From NCBI RefSeq assembly GCF_009914755.1, contig NC_060947.1: 64,000 bases of DNA; one strand, 5' to 3'. The notes beneath the pieces were generated by a model. That model made no database searches. It was not told the origin of the DNA and saw nothing but the letters and a program-made list of their open reading frames with translations. This document shows, one piece after another, positions 44,500 to 56,682 of this stretch. Each line of letters starts with the position of its first letter. Position 1 is the first letter of the stretch. Made by a program: the position numbers and the translations under genes. This stretch comes from the human T2T-CHM13v2.0 reference genome, Homo sapiens.

Positions 44500-44902
44500 A
44501 CTTAGTTCCATCTTCAACTAATGCAGTTTTTGAGTGAACATTAGTTTAGTCTTTCTGGTCATGTATTGACTCCACTGGAAACAAATACTGCAGCAGCAGT
44601 AAAGACAAAAACAGGACAAAATGCAAAAAAAGATTTAATTCCTAGAATTGGCATTTACTACCAAGTTTCTCAAGATCCAAACCAGCTGCTTAGCCAATCA
44701 TTTAGAAAAGATGTTGATCTGAAAGATTAGTTATTTGTGTTTTTATATTAGCCATTAACTTAGTGATGTTATCCAATTCATCTGGGATACAGACACAGCA
44801 ATCAGTGTTTATGGTAGGGCAGGTTTCTCCTTAGGCTGCAGTGAGTATGTCTATACTAACACATTTCTGTAACACAGACTTTCTCATAAAAGTGATTTAA
44901 TT
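44500..44902 (-). pseudogene. env: ERV env TM remnant (immunosuppressive domain and CX6CC)
   Basis: Minus frame from 44887 reads MRKSVLQKCVSIDILTAA*GETCPTINTDCCVCIPDELDNIT. Confidence 0.9.
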
Positions 44903-47016
44903 GGAGCGATAAGACAGCTGACTAGACACAGTCAGGAAATGCCTCTCCCACTGAGATAAACCATAATATTGAGTAAACCATCACACTTTAAACATATCTT
45001 TTGAGAAAAAACAATGAAAGTCAATACAGAGGCGAAGCAAACATGGATACTGAAGACAGAGGAAGCTGGGAAGCTTGCATGGAGTCATTGAGTGCCAGGA
45101 CCAGCTCCTAGTCCTGAGCAGGTCCGAAGGAAAGGATAAGTGAAGAAACTACAGGGCACCACTCTCCCGCTGTAGACCTCTGATTTCCTAGCTATAAGAG
45201 ATTTCATGACCCCTATACACATTTGAATTGGCAGGGGGAACAGCCCAGAGAATACGCAGAGGCCCAGTAGGTTTAACACACGGGACAGCTGTAGCAAATC
45301 GTGATCATAGGTGCTCATCCCCCAAGGCTCTCCAACTTGTTCTGAATGATCACAGCCTCTGCTGAATGCCTGGCTGAGAGAGAGCAAGACTGCCTTTCCT
45401 GCAGGACCAGAGCACATCTGATCTGCATTCTCCCTTGTTTTCCAGCCCCTGCCATGGTTACCTGGCTGCTCCTGCAAAAGCATACACATAGCATAACCTC
45501 TATTGCCCCAATTTTGTGTTCTACTGGTGACCTAGGAAAAGAATGGTCCCCGAAGTACAGCTGGTGCTCAACCCTGAGGGGCCAGAGGACAAAGCCACAG
45601 GCCTGATCCCAACCAACCCCACCCCGGGTCTGAGCACACTTCTCAGGGGTATTGAGCTGAGATCTGTGCCCTGACCTCCAGTGAGAGAGGAGCCCCCATT
45701 CCCAGAACACTGAGAAGAGTGAGTCACAGATTCGAGTTCTGGCATGGGAACTAGGCATTCCTCCCCCTGCAAGACTGGTCCAGGAATGGTGTAGCCTGTT
45801 TACCAACCATAGCCTCTGCCTGACGGAGCACTGAATACCTAACAGCCCAGTGATCTGGGTGCAGAAGGCTTGGGACAAAACTAGCTGGCTGGACCTGATC
45901 CTGGGATAGACATCAGAGGAAGACCACATTGGGAGAGTACAAGCTGGATGGTTCCTACAGTCATTTGATGGGCAAAAATCCCCAGGCCCCAGGTACCACA
46001 CAAACTGCAAATCCACAACACCACTGCCCTGCCAGGGAATCCTTTGCCCTTAACCCACTGCCTCAACAGACCACCCAGCAACATACTCCACAACCTGCTC
46101 TGACTCTGCCAAGCTCAGAGGACCAGCAGACCCCTGGGAAATTGTAGGCCTCCTAGTGACCTAACCTTCAGCTCAGGCTGCCTCCAAAGGAGAGGAGGGT
46201 GTGCAGCTTGCCAGAACCTCCACTGGGGCTAAGGAAACATGGGCATGGTGTTGGAGTGATTGGAGGGGGATCCCCCAAGACCCAGTAAAATACTTGATGA
46301 GGGAGTCATCGCTCACCTGCTCCCCATCTCCATCTCCCCAGAGTACTGTTGCCAAAACACTGAAGTACAAAAGAGATGCACTGCTGAGTAAGAGCCTATC
46401 TGCCAGACCCTACCCTTAAGCACCATCTACTGGATCACAGCCTGAATTACACCACCATACCAAAATAAAATCCTTCAGCACACATCACCTCTGAAACCGA
46501 AGCAGAAAACTAGCCACAGCTAGGGAACCCGTACAGAGCCTTTACTCTCTGAAACCACCAAGAAATGAAGCCAAGAAACTGTACACAACATGCACCACAG
46601 TCAAATCCTTAAGGGAAACAAAGAATAAAAACACAAAAATCTCCCTTCAAACAACAGCAATTTCTAAAAGATAAAGAAATACCAGCTCTCTTAGATGGAA
46701 AAGAATCAGCAAAAGAACTCTGTCAATTCCAAAAGTCAGACTGTTTTATACCTTCAAAGAATTGCACTAGGACCCCAGCCATGGATCCTAACAAAATTGA
46801 AATGTCTAAAATAACAGATATAGAATGCAGAATCTGAAAGGAAACTCAATGAGATGCAAGAGAAAGTTGAAACCCGATACAGGGAAGCCAGTAAAATGAT
46901 CCAAGTATTGAAAGATGACATAGTCATTTTAAGAAAGAGCCAAACAGAGCTTCTGGAATTAAACAATTTACTACAGGAATTTAAAAATACAGTTAGAAGT
47001 CTTAATAAAAGATTAG

Positions 47017-47095
47017 GGAGGAAGAGGTGGAGCAAGATGGCAGAATAAAAGGATCCACTGATTGTCCTCCCTGCAAGGACACCAATTTAACATCT

Positions 47096-47136
<41 letters not shown>

Positions 47137-50100
47137 ACACACACAAATAAAAAACCTTAATAAAAAACAAAAACCAGGTGAGTACTCACAGTACCTGGTT
47201 TTAACTACATATTGCTGAAAAAGTAGAAAAAAATAGTCTTGAATTGCCAACGCCACCCCTCCCCTACACCCCAGCAGCAATGGCATGGTGTGGAGAGCAT
47301 TTCTGTGTGCTGGAGAAGAAAGAGTGCAGTAATTGTGAGGCGCTCAACTCAGTGCTGCCCTGGTAGAACAGAAAGAAAATAATAGACAAAACCAGCTGAT
47401 GCTTGCCAGTGAAGGGAGCATTTATACAAGCTCTGGGCAAAGCGAAATTGCTAATCCCAACAGTCCAAACTCCACTTTCAGGCAAGCATCGCCACCATGA
47501 GATAAAGTATTCTGGGCTTCTAAGTAAACTTGAAAGGTAGTCCAGGCCAAGACCACAAATCCTAGGAGAGTCCTAGTGCTGAATTAGGCCAAGAGACAGT
47601 GGACTGGGGTCGGGAGGTACATAACCTACTGAGCCACAAACTGGGGTGGCTAAGGAAGTGCTGGCATCACCCCTCCCTTATCCCCAGCCTGCACAACTTA
47701 CAGCTCCAAAAGAGACCCCTTCTTTCTGTTTGAGGAGAGAAGAGAGAAGACTGAGGAGGACTTCTTCTTGCATCTTGGATACCAGCTCAGCCACAGCAGG
47801 ATAGGGCACTTGTCAGAGTTTTGACGCCCCCTTTTCAGGCTTCAGCTCAAAGATGACATTTCTAGACACACCCTGGGCCAAACAGGGAACCTGGTGCTTT
47901 AAAGGGAAAGAACCAATCCTGGTAGAATGCATCACCTGCTAACTAAAGATCCCTTGGGCTCTTAATAATCAGCAGCAATACCCAGGTACTAGGTCAGGAG
48001 CCTTCAGTAAGACCCTGAGACTTACTGGCTTCAGGTGAGACTTAGCACATTGCCAGCTGTGGTGGCTAAGGGGCGAGAATCCGTTTGATTGACAAAGGCA
48101 GAGGAAAAAGTAAAGGGGATTTTGTCTTCCACCTTAGGTACCAGCTTGGCCTCAGAATGGTAGAGCACCAAGTGAACACTTGGGGTCACCAATTCAAGGA
48201 TGTGGCTCTGGGATGACACTTCTAGACCTGCCCTGGGCCAGAGGGGAGTCTACTGCCCTGAAGGATGAGTCCCAGTACAGGGAACATTCAGCAGAAGCTG
48301 ACTGAAGAGCCCTTGGGCCTTAAGGGAGCATTGGCGGTAGTCTGTCAGTAATCCCCATGGGCCTGTGGTGGCAGTGGCCACAAGGTGAGGCCCCTCTGCC
48401 TTGAAAAGGGGAAGGAGTAGAGGGAAAGACTGCATCTTGTAGTTCAAGTGACAGCTCAGATGGAGTACTATAGAATACCAGGTGAACAGCTAAGGTTTTT
48501 GACTTTAGTCCTAGGCTCCCATACAGCACTTCTGAACATGCCCAGAGCTTGGGAGAATTTCCCGTCCTGAAGGGAAGGACATAGGCCTGACTGTCTTTAT
48601 CATCTGCTGATTGTAGAGGTATCGGAGCTTTGAACAAACATAGGAGATAGCCAGGGAAGTGGTTGCATCAGTCCTTGGGCAAGACCCAGTAATGTGCTGG
48701 CTTCAGGTTTGACCCAGTGCAGTCATGGTGCTGGTGGCCACAGGAGTGCTTGTGTCACTCCACTCTCAGATCCAGGTGGCTCAGAATAGAGAGAGAGGGA
48801 GGAAGAGAGAGATTCCGTTTGCTTGGGGAAATGTAAGGGAAGGGAACAAGAATCTCTGCCTGGTTGGAAATTCAGAGAATTATCGTGGATCTTGTACAAG
48901 ATAATCAAAATGATGCCTCCAATGAGTCTGCAAGAACCACAGCATTAGTGGGATTGGGGTGCTTCCTAAAGCAGACATGTCTTAGATCACAACACCCAAT
49001 TCCTTTAGAACTAGAAAGCCTTCTCAAAAAGGATGAATACAAACAAGCCCAGGCTGCAAACACTATAATAAATACATAACTCTTCAATGCCCAAACACAA
49101 GAACATTTACATGTATCAAAGAAGACGAGGAAAACATGACCTCACCAACTGAACTAAATAAGGCACCAGAAAAAATTACTGGATAAACATTGATATGTGA
49201 CCTTTCAGACAGAGAATTGAAAATAGTTGTGTTGAGAAAACTCGAAGAAATTCAAGATAACATAGAGAAGAAATTCAGAATTCTATCAGATAAATTTAAT
49301 GAGGAGACTAAACTGATTAAAAAGAATCAAGTGGGAAATTTCTGGAGATGAAAAATGCAATTGACATACTGAAAAATGCATCAGTCTTTTAATAGCAGAA
49401 TTCATCAAGCAGAAATAAGTAGTGAACTTGAAAAGAGGCTATTTGAAAATACAGTCAGTGGGGATGAAAGAAAAAAGAATTTAAAAAATGAAGAATGCTT
49501 ACAGAAGCTAGACAATACCCAAAATGAAAAATCTGAATTATTGGCCTGAAACAGCATGTAGAGGATGGGGCAGCAGTATTATTCAAAAGGATAATAAAAC
49601 AGAACTTCCTAAACCTAGACAAAGACAACAATATCCAAGTAAAAGAAAGTTATAAAACACCTAGAAGATTCAACCCAAAGAAGACTACCTTGAAGCATAT
49701 AATAATCAAACTCCAAAAGATCAAGGATAAAAAAGGGATCCTAATAGCAGCAAAAGAAAAGAAATAAATAACATACAATGGAGCTTCAATACATCGACAA
49801 CAGACTTTTCAATGGAAACCTTACAGGCCAAGAAAGAGGGGCATAACATATTTAAAATGCTGAAGGAAAAAAAAAATTACCCTAGAATAGTATATCCAGC
49901 ACAAAAGCTGAAGGATTTTTATCAACACCAGACCTGTTTTGCAAGAATTGCTAAAGAGAATACTTCAATCCAAACAAAAAGGACATTAATGAGCAATAAG
50001 TCATCTCCTGAAGGTACAAAATTCACTTGTAATAGTAAGTACACAAAAAAACAGAAAATTATAACACTGTAACTGTGGTGTATAAATTACACTTATCCTG

Positions 50101-53100
50101 TGTAGAAAGAATAAATGAAGCATTCAAAAAAAAAAAACCACAACAACTTTTCAAGACATAGACAGTGCAATAAGATTTAAATAGAAACAACAAAAAGGTA
50201 AAATGTAGGGAATATGGATAAGGCATAGAGTTTTTATTAGTTTTCTGTTTACTTGTTTGTTTATGCAAACTGTTAAACTGTCATCAGCTTAAAGTAATAT
50301 AAGATACTATTTGCAAGCCTCATGGTAACCTCAAACCAAAAAGTATACAACTGATACACAAAAATATATAAAGCAAGAAACAAAATCATATCACCAGAGA
50401 AAATCACCTTCACTAAAAGAAAGACAGTGAAAGAAAAAGAAAGAAAGAAAGAGAGAGAGAGAGAAAGAAAGAAAGAAAGAACGAGCGAACCACACGACAA
50501 TCAGAAAACAAATAAAAAATGGCAGGGGTAAGTCTTTACATATCTACAGTATCATTGAATGTGAATGGGATAAACTCTCCAATCAAAAGACATAGAGTGG
50601 CTGAATAAATAATAGAACAAGACTCATTGATATGTTGCCTACAAGAAACACACTTTACCTATGAATACACACATAGACTGAAAATAAAGGAATGGAAAAA
50701 GACACTCTATGCCATTGGAAACCAAAAAAGTGTAGGAGTCACTATATTTATATCAGAAAAAATAGATTTCAAGACAAAACTATATGAAGAGACAAAGAAG
50801 GTCACTATATAATAATAAAGGGGTCAATTCAACAAGAGGATATAATAATCTTAAATATATGTACCGAACACTGGAGTACCCAGATACATAAAGCAAATAT
50901 TAAAAAGAGAGATAGACTCCAATACAATAATAGCTAGAGATTTCAATACTCTACTCTCAGCATCAGACAGATCTGCCAAACATAAAATCAAAAGAGTCAT
51001 TGGATTTATTCTGCACTATAGATCAAATGGTTCTAATAAGTATTTACAGGATATTTCAATGAACAAATGCAGAATACACATCCTTTTCCTAAGCATATGG
51101 ATTATTCTCAAGATAGACCATATGCTAGATCACAAAACACATCTTAAAACATTCCAAAAATTGAAATAATATCAAGCATCTTCTCTGACCACAATGGAAT
51201 AAAACTAGAAATCAATATCCAAAGAAATGTTGGAAACTATACAAACACATGGAAGTTAAACAATATGCTCCTGAATGACCAGTGGGTCAAAGAGGAAATT
51301 ACAAAGGAAATTTAAAAATGTCTTGAAATGAATGATAATGGAAACACAACATACAAAACCTATGAGATACACCAAAAACGTACTAAGAGGGAAGTTTATA
51401 GCTATAAGTGTCAACATTAAAAAAAGAACTTCAAATAAACAACCTGACAAAGCAAGAACAAACAAAATCCAAAATCTGTAGAGGAAAAGGAATAATAAAG
51501 ATCAAATCCAAAATAAGGGCAAATGAAATGAAAAACAATATAAAATATCAATGAAACAAAAAGCTATTTTTGAAAAGTGAAACAAAATTGACAAATGTTT
51601 ACCCAGACTAACTAGGAACAAAAGAGAGAAGATTTGAATAAATTAAATCAGAAATGAAAAAGGAGACATTACAATTGATACGGCAGAAATTCAAAGAATC
51701 ATTAGTGGCTACTATAAGCAACTATATGCCAATAAATTAGAAAAAAATCTCAAAGAAATAGAAAAATTCTGAGACACATAAAATCTATCAATATTGAAGC
51801 AGGAAGAAATCCACAACCTGAACAGAACACTAACAAGTAACAAGATAGAAACCATAATAAAAAGTCTCCCAGTAAAGAAAAGCCCAGGACCTGATGGCTT
51901 CACGGCTGAATTCTACTAAACATTTAAAGAGGAACTAACACCAATCCTATTCAAACTATACCAAAATATAGAAGAGTAGGAAAAACATCCAAACTAATTT
52001 TATCTGACTTTTATTCTACAGAGCTATAGTAACCAATGTAACATGGTACTGGCATAAAAACAGACACATAGATGAATGGGACAGAATAGAGAACCCAGAA
52101 ACAAATCTGCATACCTACAATGAACTCATTTTTAACTAAGGTGCCAAGAACATACACAGGGGAAAAGATATTCTCTTCAATAAATGGTGCTGGCAAAACA
52201 GGATATCCATATGCAGAAGAATGAATATAGACACATATCTCTTGCCATATACAAAAATCAAATAAAAATGGATTAAAGACTTAAATGTAAGACCTCAAAC
52301 TATGAAGCTACCATAGGAAAACATTAGAAAAAAAAATCTCCAGGACATGTGCCTGGGCAAAAATTTCTTGAGCAATATGCCACAGTCACAGTCAACCAAG
52401 ACAAAAATGGACAAATGCGATCACATCAAGTTAAGAAGCTTCTGCACTTCAAAGATACAATCAACAAGTGATGACACAACCCACAGAATGAGAGAAAATA
52501 TTTGCAAACTACTCATCTGCCAAAAGATTAATAACCATTATATATAAGGAGCTCAAACAACTCTATTGAAAGAAACTAATAATCTGGTCAAAAAAATGGG
52601 CAAAAGATTTGAATAGACATTTCTCAAAAGAAGACATACAAATGGCAAGCAGGCATGTGAACAGCTTCTCAACATCATTATGATCAGAGAGAGGCAAAAC
52701 AAGACTACAATGAGATATCATCTCATCCCAGCTAAAATGGCTTATATCCAAAAGACAGGCAATAACAAATGCTGTTTGAGGCTGTGGAGAAAAGAGAACC
52801 CTCATACATCATGTTTTTTTGGAATGTAAATTAGTACAACCACTATGGAGAACAGTTTGGAGATTCCTTAATAAATTAAAAGTAGTGCTACCATATGATC
52901 CAGCTATCTTACTCCTAGGTGTAGTCCCAAAAGAAAAGAAATCAGTATATCAAAGGGATATCTGCACTGTCATGTTTTGCAGCACTGTTTATTATAGCCA
53001 AGATTTTTAGACAACCTAAGTGTCCACCGAAAGATTAATGGATAAAGAAAATGTGATGTATATATATACAATGGAATACTATTCAGCCATAAAAGAAAGA

Positions 53101-53590
53101 ATGAGATTCTGTCAATTGCAAAAACATGGATGGAACTGGGGATCATGATGTTAAGTGAAATAAGCCAGATGCAGAAAGACAAACATCACATGTTCTCACT
53201 TATCTGTGGGATCTAAGAATCAAAACAATTGAGCTCATGGAGATAGAGAGTAGAAGGATGGTTACCAGAGGCTGGGAAGAGTATTGAGGGGATGGGGGGA
53301 GGTGAATATAGGTAATATGTACCAAAACAATGTTAGAAAGAATGAATAAAACCTACTATTTGATAGCACAACAGGGTAACTGTAGTCAATAATCATTTCA
53401 TTGTACATTCAGAAATAACTTTAAGAGTATAATTGGAATGTTTATACCACAAAGGATAAATGCTTGAGGGATGGATACCCTATTCTCCATGATGTCATTA
53501 TTTCACATTGCATGCATGTATCAAAACATCTCCTATACAGCATAAATATATACACCTATATACCCACAAAAATGCAAAAATTAAGAAAAA
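47017..53590 (+). mobile_element. L1MA1/2-like element with both ends and an internal ORF2 deletion
   Basis: GGAGCAAGATGGCAGAATA start; ORF1 ~49135-50050; EN region (ICCLQETHF); 3' UTR CCTACTATTTGATAGCACAACAGGGT..AAAGGATAAATGCTTGAGG; TSD AA(A/C)AGATTAG at 47007-47016 and 53590-53599. Confidence 0.88.
47099..47145. repeat. (CA)n microsatellite
   Basis: Directly visible. Confidence 0.95.
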
Positions 53591-54654
53591 ACAGATTAGA
53601 ACAAGCTAAGAAAATAATTTCAGAGCTCAAAGATTTGTCCTTTGAATAAATCCAGTCAGACAATAACAACAAAAAAGAGTTTGAAACATAAACAAAGCCT
53701 CCAGGAAATAAGAGAGCAAACCTATAACACATCAGCATTCCTGAGAGAGAAGGAGAAAGTAAACATTTTGGAAAATATATTTGAGGATATAGTCCACAAG
53801 AATTCCCCAATATTACTATAGGTTGACACATACATTTAAGAAACTCAGAAAATCCCTGTGAGATACTATAGAAAATGACCATCCCTAACACTAATACACA
53901 CAATCATCAGACTTTCCAAAGTGAATGCAAAAGAAAATTTTAAACCCAGCTAGAGAAAAGGGTCATATCACTTACGAAGGAAACCATGGCACGCTCACAG
54001 AAGACTTCTCTGCAGAAACCTTACAAGGCAAAAGAGATTGGGGTCATATTTTTAGCATCCTTAAGGAAAAGAAATTCCAACCAATAATTTCATGTCCAGC
54101 CAAACTAAGCTTCATAAGCAAATGAGAAATAAAATATTTTCTAGACAAGCAAAGACTAAGGAAATTTGTTATCACTAGACCAGTCTTTCAAGAGTTTCTT
54201 AAAGGAGTTCTAAACTTGGAAACAAAAGAATGATACCTGCTACCACAAAAACACACTTATGTACATAGCCCACGGTCCCCATAAGGCAACTACACAATCG
54301 AGACTACAAAGCAACCAGCTAACAACACAATGAAAGGAACAAAATGTCATATATCAATATTAATCTTTAAAATAAGCTCTTCTGAATGTCCCACTTAAAA
54401 AGCACAGTGACAATTTGGATAAAAAAGATAAGACCTAAGCTTCTACTGTCTTCAAGACACCCATCTCACAAGTAATGATAGCCACAGACTCAAAACAAAT
54501 GGATGGAGAAAGATCTATCATGCAAATGAAAAACAAAAAGAGCAGGGATCCCTATTCTTATATAAGGTAAAGCAGATGTTAAACTAACAACTGTTAAAAA
54601 GGACAAAGAAAGTCATTACACACTGATAAAGGATTTGATTCAACAAGAAGGCTT

Positions 54655-55392
54655 AAATATATATTACATAAATATATATACATATATACATTTATATTAT
54701 ATATAATTCTATATAATATATAAAATATATAATATATAATATAGTATATATAAAATATATATAAAATATATATAAAATATATATTATATATAAAATATAT
54801 ATATTATCTTATATATAAAATATATATTTTATATATATTATCTTAGATCCCACAGATAATATATTATATATAAATATATATAATATAGACTATATTATAT
54901 AATATAGACTATATTATATAATATACTCTATATTATATAATATACTCTATATTATATAATATAGACTATATTATATAATATAGACTATATTATATAATAT
55001 AGACTATATTATATAATATAGACTATATTATATAATATAGACTATATTATATAATATAGAGTATATTATATAATATAGACTATATTATATAATATAGACT
55101 ATATTATATAATATACACTATATTATATAATATAGAGTATATTATATAATATAGACTATATTATATAATATAGAGACTATATTATATAATATAGAGTATA
55201 TTATATAATATAGTCTATATTATATAATATAGTCTATATTATATATAGACTATATTATATAATATAGACTCTATATTATATATAGAGAGTCTGTATTATA
55301 TAATATAGTCTATATTAATAATATAGACTATATTATATAATATATACTATATATTTATTTATATATAATAAAATATATAATATAAATAAATA
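54655..55392. repeat. AT-rich VNTR with a 19-bp unit (GAC TATATTATATAATATA and variants)
   Basis: GAC recurs at 54964, 54983, 55002, 55021 etc.; the array is flanked by (TA)-rich low-complexity sequence. Confidence 0.97.
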
Positions 55393-55393
55393 A

Positions 55394-55394
<1 letters not shown>

Positions 55395-55433
<39 letters not shown>

Positions 55434-55440
55434 ACACACA
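55395..55440. repeat. (CA)n microsatellite
   Basis: Directly visible. Confidence 0.95.
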
Positions 55441-56631
55441 ACCAATAGTGGAGCAACTAGATTCAGAAAACAAGAATATCTAGACCGACAACAAGACAGC
55501 CACACAATAGTGGGGGACTTCAGTACTCCACTGGCAGTGTTAGAAAGATTATCAGGGCAGAAAACTCACAAATAAATTCTGGACTTAATTTCATACTTGA
55601 CCAATTGGACCTAGTACTCATCTACAGAATACTTTACCCATGAACCACAGAATACACTTCCTTCTCATCTTGTATTCTAAAACTGGCCACATGTTCATCC
55701 ATAGAGCAAGTCTCAATAATCTTTTTAAAACAGAAATTATATCAAGCATACTTGCAGAGAACAGTAGAGTAAAAATAGAAATCAATACCAAGAAGATATC
55801 TCAAAATCACAAAAATACATGGAAACTAAACAACTTGTTTCTGAATGTCTTTGGATAGACAGCAACATTAAGGCTGAATTCAAAACATTATTTGAAATTA
55901 ATGAAAACAGTGGTGCAACATATTAAAATCTGTGGGATGCAGCAAAAGCAGTGGTAAGAGAAAAGTTTAGAGCACTAAATGCCTACATTGAGAAATTAGA
56001 AAGGTCTCAATAAACATTCTAAATTGTACCTAGAAGAGCTAGAAAACTATAAACTAACCGCAGAGCTAGCAGAGGAAAAGAAATTACTAAAATCAGATGA
56101 GAAATTAACAAAATTGAGATCCCTGCAAAAAGCAAAGGATCAACAACAAAAAAGTTGTTTCTTTGAAAGAAGCAATATCAACAGACCACTAGCTAGATTA
56201 GCAAAGAAAAAAAGAAAGAAGATCCAAGTAAGCATAATCAGAAATGACAAAAGATGACAACACAATTGATTCCACAGAAATAGAAAATATCCTTAGAGAC
56301 TACTACAAATATTTCTACACACACAACCTAGAAAATCCACAGGAAATGTATAAATTCCTGAAATCATATGACCACCCAAGATTGAACCAGGAAGAAATTA
56401 AGCCCTGAACAGAACAACGAGTTACAAAATTGAATCGGTAATAAAAAACCTACCAATAAGAAAAAAGCCCTGGACCAGATGGATTCACATGTGAATCCTA
56501 CTAGACCTAAAAAAAGAGTTGGTACCAATCCTACTGAAATTATTCCAAAAATGAAGAAGGGAGGATTCTACCACAACTCATTCTACAAAGCCAGCATTAT
56601 CATGACACCAAAATCTGGCAGACACATGAAA

Positions 56632-56638
56632 ACACACA

Positions 56639-56681
<43 letters not shown>
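56632..56681. repeat. (CA)n microsatellite
   Basis: Directly visible. Confidence 0.95.

Positions 56682-56682
<1 letters not shown>

Noticed and set aside
45085-46419. Cluster of long overlapping ORFs (up to 233 aa) in GC-richer DNA
   Set aside because: They lie in an old L1 5' UTR. Higher GC lowers stop frequency, and there are no protein motifs.
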